Shown here: in pieces, positions 15,855 to 25,091 of the stretch
Layout: each line of letters opens with the position of its first letter
Numbering within the stretch: position 1 is the stretch's first letter
Origin: Alphaproteobacteria bacterium
GTDB lineage: Bacteria; Pseudomonadota; Alphaproteobacteria; Rs-D84
DNA length: 38,406 bases
Reading direction: 5' to 3'
Assembly: GCA_017392345.1 (NCBI GenBank)
Contig: JAFOVN010000047.1
Span: forward strand, 1-38,406
Notes under the pieces: generated by a model
Told to the model about the DNA's origin: nothing
What the model saw: only the letters and a program-made list of their open reading frames with translations
Databases searched by the model: none
Translations under genes and position numbers: made by a program

Positions 15855-18311
15855 ATGCGAAATATGCTGAAAACTGTATGTAAAAGTGTAACATGCTTAT
15901 CAATTATCGCAATCGCGACCGCGGCTTTTGCGGTGACGGACGTATCACGCGGAACGGCAACCGCGAATCGTGGACGTGGCACGGCCAATGCGCGTATGCC
16001 GTCTATTCCTATTTTGCCGGTAAGTGCCGTTGGAAATATGACCGTTAGCAGTAATGACATCGACCCAAAGCCAACGCCACAACCGAAACCAACGCCAACA
16101 CCGACGCCGACACCGACACCGGACCCAGATCCAACCCCGGATCCCGACACACCGGTTCCACCGGCACCAAATCCGCCGACCCCGGAATGCCCCGATGGCG
16201 GTGTGGAAAATTCATCCTATTCTGTCGAAAACTGTATGAACGATGTTTTGGGCTGTGTCAACGGCGGCGCATTGCCAAACGGCATAAATTCGCTGTTTAA
16301 CGAAGACCTGCGCAATTCCATCGTAAATGGCATGGGGCTTTGTTTGACCCAAGTGGAAAAGTGTGTTTCCACCGTTCGTCGCAATTGCCAATATGTTTAC
16401 GCATCGACATCGGATGTATGGCTTGACTTTAACGCACGCAAGGTTCAACCGGAATACTATGCGTTCGTTTTGCGTCAAACGGGCCTTACCCCGACCCAGG
16501 CAGAAAACACATGTTTGTTGCTTGACCGCAACACATACGGTGCGGCGTTTAACGCGGTTTCCGTCAGTGATAACGTGACATCTGAATACGACCAACGCGT
16601 CGGCGCATACAACAGTGCAAAAAATGATTCACTTAGCAAACTAAACCCACTTGGTGCGCGTGTAAATGATACCGGCATTGATGGCAAGCGCGGATACTAT
16701 GCGCGTTGGGACGCGGAAAACGCACAATGCTTGTTGCGCGTGGCGGCGTATAACAAAGACACACCAATTACCAACAGTTGGCTCTTTGGTGCGGTTGGCG
16801 ATGATGCAATGGCCGAAGTGTGGCGTGCGACCGGATCTTCGTTCACATGCAACAAAGATTTGTTTGGATTCTCACTTATGCCAACAACAAAAACGGTTGC
16901 GGCGACCGCAATTCCCGGTGGAACATTACTGGGTGCGGGAATCGGTGCATTGGCGGGCCACGGCGACCGCAACTTTGATTGCACAATTGAATCTATGCGC
17001 AACACGTTGCTAAAAGAATTGCAAGACAACCAAAAAATTGGCGCAATAAATCAATATATTTCATCGGATTTGTCCAGCACATCAAAATCGATGACACTGG
17101 GTCAATGCCGCGAAATTGTTGACCTTTACGATATGTGGGAAATGGGCAAAGAAGCAGTCAACACATGTCGCGAACCAGGAACTTCTTCAACCAAACAAGA
17201 CAAATGCACACTAGAAACCGCCGGACTTCATTTTGATTGCGAAGGCGACGAAGCGTATATAAAACAATGCTTATCTAATGCTATAGAACTATTTTGTACA
17301 ACCGCGCCTTGCGCATGTGATGCATTAAAGAACGAAACAAATATCGAGACATTTAAATCGTTTGGTAATGTTGAACCTGAAAAAATTAAACAAGCAATCA
17401 TTGATTGGGTCAACCAACACCCAGACGCATGTTCCAAGAACTGTTCCGGCAATACAACCACAACCGAAACACACGAATGCAGATTTGTTAACCTGAATCA
17501 ATCATGGCGCGACGGCACAGATGTGTATTGCAGCCGCAGCACCGAATGCCTTGGCAAAGACGAATTCAAACGGCAACTTAACGCACTTGACAAGATATTC
17601 AATTCAATTGAAATCATAACACAGGGCGAAAAAGGCAACCGTCTAAAAACAACATTGGTTGGCGCGGGCATTGGTGCGGCAACCGGTGGAACGGCAACGG
17701 CAATCACAGCGTTTGTTGAAAAGAACAACATCAATTGCCGCGTGGCGGACGGCCTGGCCAAGGTTGGATTCGGCAAGTCATATTCAATCGACCGTCTGCG
17801 CGACTTCTATGTCAAATGGGCGTTGAATTTGCCGTCAACAATTGCGCCGACCGCGGTTGTCACGAACTGTGATAACTGGTCATTGACATGCGCGTTGTTC
17901 ACGGATGCCAATGAATGCAGGAACGCAAAGTTCAACTATCGTCCGGGCAATTTGTCCAGCACGACATTGGTGACGAATCCATGCACCCCATCGGGCAGTG
18001 CCTGTATCGCGAACATCGGCGTGGCACAATCGTATGGCGCATGCCTTGTGAACCCGACACCAAATCCAGGGGATGAACCGGATCCAAATGCGGGATTGTC
18101 GCGGGTATCGGACTGTAACGAATGGATTGACGCATGTAAAGTATTCACCAACGAATCCAGTTGTAATTCGGCCAAGGTAATATATGTTCCGCGTTCCATG
18201 CGTGTTTCGAATGCATGCAAATATCAATCGCGGATCAAAGAATGCCGCCCAAGTGCGCAAAAGGCAAAACAGTACTTGGACGTAAACAATTGTCCGATAC
18301 GACTTGAATAA
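15855..18311 (+). CDS. Exported Cys-rich hypothetical protein C (818 aa) with Pro-Thr linker and two glycine zippers
   Basis: Signal peptide ending AFA; PTPTPTPTPDPDP linker; GGTLLGAGIGALAG and GAGIGAATGGTATAITAF. Confidence 0.85.
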   Translation: MRNMLKTVCKSVTCLSIIAIATAAFAVTDVSRGTATANRGRGTANARMPSIPILPVSAVGNMTVSSNDIDPKPTPQPKPTPTPTPTPTPDPDPTPDPDTPVPPAPNPPTPECPDGGVENSSYSVENCMNDVLGCVNGGALPNGINSLFNEDLRNSIVNGMGLCLTQVEKCVSTVRRNCQYVYASTSDVWLDFNARKVQPEYYAFVLRQTGLTPTQAENTCLLLDRNTYGAAFNAVSVSDNVTSEYDQRVGAYNSAKNDSLSKLNPLGARVNDTGIDGKRGYYARWDAENAQCLLRVAAYNKDTPITNSWLFGAVGDDAMAEVWRATGSSFTCNKDLFGFSLMPTTKTVAATAIPGGTLLGAGIGALAGHGDRNFDCTIESMRNTLLKELQDNQKIGAINQYISSDLSSTSKSMTLGQCREIVDLYDMWEMGKEAVNTCREPGTSSTKQDKCTLETAGLHFDCEGDEAYIKQCLSNAIELFCTTAPCACDALKNETNIETFKSFGNVEPEKIKQAIIDWVNQHPDACSKNCSGNTTTTETHECRFVNLNQSWRDGTDVYCSRSTECLGKDEFKRQLNALDKIFNSIEIITQGEKGNRLKTTLVGAGIGAATGGTATAITAFVEKNNINCRVADGLAKVGFGKSYSIDRLRDFYVKWALNLPSTIAPTAVVTNCDNWSLTCALFTDANECRNAKFNYRPGNLSSTTLVTNPCTPSGSACIANIGVAQSYGACLVNPTPNPGDEPDPNAGLSRVSDCNEWIDACKVFTNESSCNSAKVIYVPRSMRVSNACKYQSRIKECRPSAQKAKQYLDVNNCPIRLE

Positions 18312-18330
18312 ATCATGTGGTGTCCACTAT

Positions 18331-18359
18331 AAACGTCCGCCCCGCGCGGACGTTTTTTT
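18331..18359 (+). terminator. Intrinsic terminator
   Basis: aaacgtccgc-cccgc-gcggacgttttt. Confidence 0.75.
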
Positions 18360-18360
18360 A

Positions 18361-18410
18361 TCCCCTTCTTTCCAAGAAGGGGTGGATGGCGAAGCCAGAC
18401 GGGGTAATTT
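18361..18410. repeat. REP-like palindrome
   Basis: ccccttctttccaagaaggggtggat...agacggggtaatt, nearly identical to 14555-14610. Confidence 0.85.
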
Positions 18411-18482
18411 TTATTTATATTCCCGCTTGTTTAGATTCTTTTTTTATGATAAAATACAGAGAATAGTAGAAGGGGGTTTCTT

Positions 18483-21400
18483 TTGAAACGGTTATCTTTT
18501 GCATTGATAATTTTTGCATGCACATCCGCCGCATTCGGCGCAACGCGCCAAGATACAGTTGCACGTTCAGCAACGGCGCCACGTGTTTCACGTGCGCCAC
18601 AAAATACCGGCACAACAAACGCAACACAATCAACAACACGCGCCGTCACATCACGCAGTGCAACAACGCAACAAAACACGCCGCCGGTCGCGCGTGGGCG
18701 CGCCGCGGTACAAACCCCAACAACAAACGCACGCGCGGCGAAACAAAGCGTAATTAGCACCGGAACCAAGGTCGCGGCCGCCACGGAAAACACTGCGGTT
18801 GACCAAGTGTGCTGGGCCAAGTTCAGCGGTTGCATGGATTCATTTTGTATGTTGGACAACGCAAACGGCGGCCGTTGTATTTGCAGTGATAAAAACGCCG
18901 AATACGACGCAATACTCCAAGAAATTCAAAACTTGGACGACCAAAGTTATCAACTTGCGACCGTCGGTGTCGAACGCATTGAAATGGGCGACGCGGTCGA
19001 TGCGGTTATGTCAAAAACCGATTCGGTGACAAAGCGCGTGACGGCGGACGCGGCGAAATCTAAACGCCAATCATTGGATTTAAGTTCATGGAATTCGCTG
19101 GACCTGGACTTTGATGCCGACGCCGAAGACATTTTTGACTTTTCATCGGACGGCGTTTCAATTGCCAACAAAACCGGCGATGCACTTTATCGCGCGGCGG
19201 CAAAACTTTGCAGCGCACAAATTCCCGAATGCAAATCGCAATCGACATTGATGGATTTAATGTATAAACAGCGCGTGCGTTCCGATTGCACCGCGTATGA
19301 AAATAGCCTACGCGCCGCCCGCACACAAAGCGCACAAAAACTTTACGCCGCACAAAGCGCCATGCGCGAAGCCGCATTGGAACAATACCGCAACGCGAAC
19401 AAATACGACCTTGGGCAATGCACGGTGCAATTCAAACAGTGCATGCAAACAACGGGCGGTTGTGGCGATGATTTCACCGGTTGCGTTGATTTGGCGGCGC
19501 GCGCAAATTCCATGGTCGGCCTAACCGGCAACACAACCACCCGCAAAGAAAAAACAATCAAAGGCACATCATCAAAAATAAAAATTTCCGCCGAAACGTA
19601 TGATACGTTAGAGGCGAAAAAAGCCCTGTGTATGACCGTAACCCAAGAATGCGTCAATGTCCGTGACCAAGTATGGGACGCCTTTTTGCGAGAGGCCGCA
19701 CCACAAATAAAATCTGCAGAATTGATTGTGGAATCGAACCTGCGGACATCTTGTATTTCAAACATATCAAACTGTTTTCAAAAGGCATGCCACGACACAA
19801 TGGATCCCAATGACCCAGAGGGTTCATATGACATGTGCCTTACACGGCCGGACACATTGCGTTCGGTGTGCAAGGTTGAAATCGACCCGTGCGAAGCCGC
19901 CGAACCGGCAATCATGGACTATGTCCGCGCGCGGTTGAAATCCATGCGCGTTGATTCATGCACCAACGAATTTAAGGCATGCTTGCAATCCGAAGACCGC
20001 TGTGGCGAAGATTACACACAATGTATTGGATTGGACACCGACACAATCGTCGATATGTGCCCGGCGGAAAAATTAACGGGTTGCACATACAAATACGGAA
20101 GCGATACAAAAACCGTAAAACAAACACTTGCAGACATCGCCACCGGCATATTCCTGAACATAGACAACAACATGCTAACGGCATGTCAAAAGGCCGCCAA
20201 TGCCGCAATGATAAAGGTCTGTGGCAGCACGGAAAATTGCAACGAATTGATTGCGGACAATGGTTTGGGATCACGTAGTTTAGAGTATAAAATATGTGAA
20301 TACTACGGCAACGAAAATAACATCAGCATCAACTACAATCAATGTCGTCCAAATATAGATATGATTACCGATATAGAATTAGGACGAAATTCCAGTGACC
20401 TTGTTACCGGATCTGATGGCAATATAAATTATACACCAAACACAGAAAAACCATTTGCAGGAGTCATTGATGGTATTATATATTGGGATAGTGTCACAAT
20501 AACCAATGATGGTTTAATTAGTACCAGTGAATACTATGATAACTTGGAACAAAAAGACAAAGACGAAGAAAATGGCCACATTGCCGAAAACAATCCTCAG
20601 CACGGTGGCGATCGCCAAGGTAATCAAACACCTAATAGACCCAATGGTTCATCAGGTAGCGGATCATATGGTAATGGTTCAGGTGGCATGTCCAATGGTA
20701 TATTATCAGGCAATGGTAGAAGAACAGATATCACAGAAGATCAAATGCATCGCATCAATGACGAATTGGCGGCTTTACAAACAAACATTCAAAACACAAT
20801 CAATGCAATCGAATCCGATCCAAAGGTTCAGTTCTGTATGAGTGGTCGTGAATTTCAAGGTTATAAAGAAATGTTAGGTGCAAAGGGCAACAAAACACGT
20901 TTCCCACAACTGACCGCACAAATGCGAAGGATTATATCGGAATCGGCATTATCACAAACCAAAGCGAACTACTATGCAAAGTATGATGAATTAAACGCAA
21001 AAATGCTAAAAGATTATTCGAAGATTGCCGAACGCAAAGCTGAAATTGCCGGACAAAACAGTAAAGATCAACGTCGTGAAATTGCACGTCAATCCTGTTT
21101 GTACATGGCAGATATGTCAACACTTGCACGTTCAGCCGAACCACCACGAAGTGCTGGGGGGATTGTTATAGGGTCAGTAATGGTTGTTGGTGGGGCAGTA
21201 GGGGCATTCTTTACTGGTGGTGCAACAACGCCCATTGCAGTGGCTGGGATGGGGTTATTGAGCAATGAACTTAAAACACCATCATCCGCTAACGGTGACG
21301 ATAAAGAACCTGATCGCCAGCCTCTTGTTTCATCCAAAAAAATGAATCAATGGAATTATAGAGAAACGATTACTACAACATTTGATTGGGAAAACTTGGT

Positions 21401-21518
21401 TTGCCACAAATGTGTTCGTTCTACACCTTGTGAAAAGACAAAGAACCCGTTAGTTGGTGACAAATATTGCGATCTATGGGGTGAAGAAACAGAAACATGC
21501 ACCGACACCCAATTCTAA
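18483..21518 (+). CDS. Exported Cys-rich hypothetical protein D (1011 aa) with C-terminal hydrophobic Gly-rich segment
   Basis: TTG start, signal peptide; Arg/Ala/Thr-rich N-terminus; CTVQFKQCMQTTGGCGDDFTGC and CTNEFKACLQSEDRCGEDYTQC; GGIVIGSVMVVGGAVGAFFTGG. Confidence 0.85.
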   Translation: MKRLSFALIIFACTSAAFGATRQDTVARSATAPRVSRAPQNTGTTNATQSTTRAVTSRSATTQQNTPPVARGRAAVQTPTTNARAAKQSVISTGTKVAAATENTAVDQVCWAKFSGCMDSFCMLDNANGGRCICSDKNAEYDAILQEIQNLDDQSYQLATVGVERIEMGDAVDAVMSKTDSVTKRVTADAAKSKRQSLDLSSWNSLDLDFDADAEDIFDFSSDGVSIANKTGDALYRAAAKLCSAQIPECKSQSTLMDLMYKQRVRSDCTAYENSLRAARTQSAQKLYAAQSAMREAALEQYRNANKYDLGQCTVQFKQCMQTTGGCGDDFTGCVDLAARANSMVGLTGNTTTRKEKTIKGTSSKIKISAETYDTLEAKKALCMTVTQECVNVRDQVWDAFLREAAPQIKSAELIVESNLRTSCISNISNCFQKACHDTMDPNDPEGSYDMCLTRPDTLRSVCKVEIDPCEAAEPAIMDYVRARLKSMRVDSCTNEFKACLQSEDRCGEDYTQCIGLDTDTIVDMCPAEKLTGCTYKYGSDTKTVKQTLADIATGIFLNIDNNMLTACQKAANAAMIKVCGSTENCNELIADNGLGSRSLEYKICEYYGNENNISINYNQCRPNIDMITDIELGRNSSDLVTGSDGNINYTPNTEKPFAGVIDGIIYWDSVTITNDGLISTSEYYDNLEQKDKDEENGHIAENNPQHGGDRQGNQTPNRPNGSSGSGSYGNGSGGMSNGILSGNGRRTDITEDQMHRINDELAALQTNIQNTINAIESDPKVQFCMSGREFQGYKEMLGAKGNKTRFPQLTAQMRRIISESALSQTKANYYAKYDELNAKMLKDYSKIAERKAEIAGQNSKDQRREIARQSCLYMADMSTLARSAEPPRSAGGIVIGSVMVVGGAVGAFFTGGATTPIAVAGMGLLSNELKTPSSANGDDKEPDRQPLVSSKKMNQWNYRETITTTFDWENLVCHKCVRSTPCEKTKNPLVGDKYCDLWGEETETCTDTQF

Positions 21519-21522
21519 ACCC

Positions 21523-21545
21523 TGCCCGCAACCGCGGGCATTTTT
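21523..21545 (+). terminator. Intrinsic terminator
   Basis: tgcccgc-aacc-gcgggca-ttttt. Confidence 0.8.
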
Positions 21546-21570
21546 ATATGTAAAAATTCCACCAAAATCC

Positions 21571-21599
21571 TTGACTTTTCGAAAAAAACGCTATACAAT
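21571..21599 (+). promoter_or_regulatory. Sigma70 promoter of rpoA-rplQ
   Basis: TTGACT-17 bp-TACAAT. Confidence 0.75.
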
Positions 21600-21669
21600 G
21601 CGCGGGCATGCAAAGGTTTGTGTGCGGCCGATTGGCGAAAATGATAAACTAAGCTAAAAGGAAATATAA

Positions 21670-22698
21670 ATGATTGAAAAAAACTGGATGGCTTTGATAA
21701 AGCCGAAAAAACTGAATATCACCACCGATGAACATAATCCGAACATGGCCAAATTGGTCGCGGAACCGCTTGAAAAGGGCTTTGGTCTTACGCTTGGCAC
21801 GGCGTTGCGTCGTGTTCTGTTGTCTTCACTCCAAGGTTGCGCGCCACTGTATGTTAAAATCGAAGGTGTTCAACACGAATTTTCAAGTATCCAAGGCGTG
21901 CACGAAGATGTCGCGGATATTTTACTGAACCTTAAGGGTGTTTATTTCAAGGCAAATTCCGAAGGTCAGCACAAGGTTGCGTTGCATGTGACCGGGCCGG
22001 CGGTTGTCAAGGCGGGCATGATCGAATGCACCAGCGCAATAGAGGTTATGAACCCCGACGCGGAACTTTGCACATTGGACAAAGGCGCGCAATTTGATAT
22101 GGAAATCACACTTGGCACGGGCCGCGGCTATGTTCCGGCGAACGCACATGCCGATGGATTGCCACTGGGCGTGATTCCGGTTGATTCAATCTTTTCACCA
22201 ATTTTGAATGTCGCGACCGTGGTTTCGGAAACCCGTGTTGGGCAATCAACGGACTATGACAAATTGGAAATGACCGTCAAAACGAACGGCAGTGTCACAC
22301 CCGAAGACGCAATCGCATTTGCGGCGCGCATCTTGACCGACCAATTGACTTTGTTCATCAATTTCGAAGACCCAACGCAAATCGCGGCACCGACCGAAGA
22401 AGAAGTCGCCAAGGATGCGTTGCAATTCGATCCGAAATTGCTGAAACGCGTGGACGAACTGGAATTGTCTGTGCGTGCGAACAATTGTTTAAAGAACGAC
22501 AAAATCAACTGGCTTGGCGAATTGGTCCAAAAGACCGAGGCGGATATGTTAAAGACCCCGAACTTTGGACGCAAGTCATTGAACGAAATCAAAATCCAAT
22601 TGGAAGCGATGGGCCTTGGCCTGGGGATGGAAGTCCCGGGTTGGCCGCCGGAAAACATCGCAGAATTGGCAAAAAAGTATGAGGATCCGTATAAATAA
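21670..22698 (+). CDS. rpoA: DNA-directed RNA polymerase subunit alpha
   Basis: [44 protein letters not shown]. Confidence 0.99.
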   Translation: MIEKNWMALIKPKKLNITTDEHNPNMAKLVAEPLEKGFGLTLGTALRRVLLSSLQGCAPLYVKIEGVQHEFSSIQGVHEDVADILLNLKGVYFKANSEGQHKVALHVTGPAVVKAGMIECTSAIEVMNPDAELCTLDKGAQFDMEITLGTGRGYVPANAHADGLPLGVIPVDSIFSPILNVATVVSETRVGQSTDYDKLEMTVKTNGSVTPEDAIAFAARILTDQLTLFINFEDPTQIAAPTEEEVAKDALQFDPKLLKRVDELELSVRANNCLKNDKINWLGELVQKTEADMLKTPNFGRKSLNEIKIQLEAMGLGLGMEVPGWPPENIAELAKKYEDPYK

Positions 22699-22709
22699 AG
22701 AGTGATACG

Positions 22710-22865
22710 ATGAAAGAAAACACTAAGAACCCGAAACAAGGACAGGGTAAAAACGCTTATGACGGATTTCAATGTGTGGTTGTGTGCCCACTTTCGAAGT
22801 TTAATGAAGCGAATAGGCGGTTTAGCACGTTTACGCGTGTGGGCTCTATGTATATCGTTAGATAA
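22710..22865 (+). CDS. Putative small protein (51 aa) between rpoA and rplQ
   Basis: Manual translation MKENTKNPKQGQGKNAYDGFQCVVVCPLSKFNEANRRFSTFTRVGSMYIVR; below the ORF-track cutoff. Confidence 0.4.
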   Translation: MKENTKNPKQGQGKNAYDGFQCVVVCPLSKFNEANRRFSTFTRVGSMYIVR

Positions 22866-22951
22866 ACGCGTGTTGCTGAATCACTGATTTGGGGCACGAA
22901 AAATGGTGCAATCCCGGAAAACCGGGCGGAAACAGAATAAAGGAGTAACCG

Positions 22952-23515
22952 ATGAGACACCAAAAATCTGGTCGCACTTTTAATCGCGACACAAATGCAC
23001 GCAAGGCCTTGTTTATTGGGCTTGCGAAAAACCTGATTGAAAAAGAACAAATCAAAACAACTTTGCCAAAGGCCAAAGATCTGCGCAGTGTCGTGGAAAA
23101 ATTGGTTACCCGCGCCAAGGTTGATACCGTTGCGAACCGCCGCCTGACCGCGTCGGAATTGGGCAACGCGTGCGATGCAACCGTGAAAAAATTGTTCACG
23201 GTGCTTGGGCCACGCTATGCGAAACGTCCGGGCGGATACACCCGCGTGTTAAAGGCCGGTTTCCGCTATGGCGATGCCGCACCGATGGCGATTATCGAAT
23301 TCATTGACCGCGATGTGAATGCGAAAAAACCACAAAAACCAGAGGTCGCCGCGGCCAAGGCCGAAGAAGCGACCGCAACCGATGCGCCCAAGGCACCCAG
23401 GGCACCAAAGGCCGAAAAAACAACCAAGGCACCGGCCAAAGAACCGGCGGCGAAAAAAGCCAATACAACGGCGAATAAAACCGTTGCGGTAAAACGCCGC
23501 GCCACCGGGAAATAA
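22952..23515 (+). CDS. rplQ: 50S ribosomal protein L17 with Ala/Lys-rich C-terminal extension
   Basis: [34 protein letters not shown]. Confidence 0.98.
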   Translation: MRHQKSGRTFNRDTNARKALFIGLAKNLIEKEQIKTTLPKAKDLRSVVEKLVTRAKVDTVANRRLTASELGNACDATVKKLFTVLGPRYAKRPGGYTRVLKAGFRYGDAAPMAIIEFIDRDVNAKKPQKPEVAAAKAEEATATDAPKAPRAPKAEKTTKAPAKEPAAKKANTTANKTVAVKRRATGK

Positions 23516-23540
23516 AAAGTTGTTGATCATTTGTAATTAA

Positions 23541-23826
23541 CGTCATACCGCCGTATCGGGCCCCACGAAAAACGCGCGGCGTTTTTGTGGGTGATTTCAG
23601 GCGGTATCTTGTTGAACTTCGACAAATGCAAAGAGATACCGCCTTTCGGCGGTATGACGGAAAAAAACACGGGCGCGTTCGCGCCCGTTTATTCCAGAGC
23701 ATGAAGTTCCCCTTTCCTATGGAAAGGGGTCCGGCTGAACAGCCGGGAGGTATGGGTGATAAAAAACATTATTACCACTACCCCGGCGGGATTCCCCGCC
23801 ACCCCTTCGCCAGCGAAGGGGAATTA
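23541..23826. repeat. Cluster of REP-like palindromes
   Basis: cgtcataccgcc...ggcggtatc...gataccgcctttcggcggtatgacg element plus inverted CCCCTT...AAGGGG pair (23708-23757, 23775-23826). Confidence 0.85.
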
Positions 23827-24837
23827 CCGTCCCACATTAAATTCATCGCCATAGCCGGCTACGGATTGACCACCGATATAACAACCGATGTCTTCGAAAC
23901 CTTGTTTAACCTGGGCCTTTTTGACAAGGTTCGCCGTCACAATTCCGCCAACGGTCCCCAAAACAACACCCGCAATACTGTCCGATGCAAGACGCGCGGT
24001 GTTAAATTCGCCGTTTTCATCACGCCATACATTTTTTTCAAACCCACCAATCGTTGCCGTTAAACTGTTAAATTTGCTGTCCAGGTCGCTTTCCAAACCC
24101 GCAACATATTTTGCCGTCCATTCACATTTGCCATTTTTGATTTCTTTGTTTGGATTGTCACATTCTGTTCCGTTTAATAAATTATCATTATTCAGTAAAT
24201 TAGCTGAATATGTTATACATTGGTGTAAATCATGGTCATACCGTTTTTTGTCATCTATACATTTGCATTTGTATGGTCCATCGTTTATTAAATTAATTTC
24301 CACTTCACAACGACAAAAAGGACCTTCAGACCATGGTGCAGTACCACCAGACAGAAAACATTCTCTATCCAACGAATCAAATTTATCATAATCATATTTA
24401 CAAATAGTGTCCTTCTGTATCGCCCATCCTTCCCTTTCATTTCCGTAACAAATCGATCTTTCATCAAAACCCGTTGCACAATTATATCTAGCTCTATTAT
24501 GTGTATTTATTACTGTTTGCAAGTCGTCACCACATTTTGTATTCACATAGAAATCTTTCCATTCACCCCGAGCATTGCATATTTGCGCTGTAACTTTAAG
24601 TGGTGTCCATACAACATCATCAATATCACAACCTTTATTATCATCATGACCATTTTTATCATGGTGTGTACCACAGAAAACAAATGTTCCGGCATTTGAA
24701 CCTGTATTTTCTAATAAAACATACGAAGAAATAGAATTATAATCTATATCAGAGGCAAGTATTGGTAAACATTTTCCACAAAACGCAAAATTAATAAAAC
24801 CCAAATAAAAATATAACGCAAATAAAATTTTTTTCAT
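23824..24837 (-). CDS. Exported Cys-rich hypothetical protein E (337 aa) with C-terminal glycine-zipper domain
   Basis: ATG 24837 MKKILFALYFYLGFINFAFC; C-terminal RLASDSIAGVVLGTVGGIVTANLVKK...IGCYIGGQSVAGYGDEF. Confidence 0.85.
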   Translation of the reverse strand: MKKILFALYFYLGFINFAFCGKCLPILASDIDYNSISSYVLLENTGSNAGTFVFCGTHHDKNGHDDNKGCDIDDVVWTPLKVTAQICNARGEWKDFYVNTKCGDDLQTVINTHNRARYNCATGFDERSICYGNEREGWAIQKDTICKYDYDKFDSLDRECFLSGGTAPWSEGPFCRCEVEINLINDGPYKCKCIDDKKRYDHDLHQCITYSANLLNNDNLLNGTECDNPNKEIKNGKCEWTAKYVAGLESDLDSKFNSLTATIGGFEKNVWRDENGEFNTARLASDSIAGVVLGTVGGIVTANLVKKAQVKQGFEDIGCYIGGQSVAGYGDEFNVGR

Positions 24838-24857
24838 AGTTTTTTCTCTCTTTTTTA

Positions 24858-24910
24858 CCCATACCCCGTCGCCGTTCGGCGACACCCCTTTCCCCAGAAA
24901 GGGGAATTAA
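24858..24910. repeat. REP-like palindrome
   Basis: ccccgtcgccgttcggcgacacccctttccccagaaaggggaatta, same orientation and ending as 23775-23826. Confidence 0.8.
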
Positions 24911-25086
24911 AAAACCACCGAATTGCTTCAAGTGGTTGGAGATTAACGACTACGTTCCGAGGAAATAGTGGGCTTATTCTATATACCCACTGCCCTCCAA
25001 CCACACGTGGTTGGAGATGTTTTATGTCCCCGCGGACACTCGGAATCGTGGGTCATTACACCCCACCGACGGAACACCCGCCGGCA
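24909..25086 (-). ncRNA. Candidate structured non-coding RNA or leader (about 177 nt), family unassigned
   Basis: Bounded by promoter 25092-25120 and hairpin + T-run at 24909-24937; extensive base pairing found by eye. Confidence 0.6.
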
Positions 25087-25091
25087 TATAA

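Noticed and set aside
11584-21518. Multiheme cytochromes or Fe-S proteins as explanation for Cys richness
   Set aside because: No CxxCH repeats or ferredoxin CxxCxxC patterns seen; signal peptides favour disulfides.
12455-24837. Diversity-generating retroelement acting on variable regions
   Set aside because: No reverse transcriptase and no TR/VR pair with adenine-specific mismatches seen in the window.
24909-25086. RNase P RNA, SRP RNA or tmRNA
   Set aside because: Lacks GAGGAAAGTCC, the SRP GGAAGGAAGCAGC core and tRNA-like ends.
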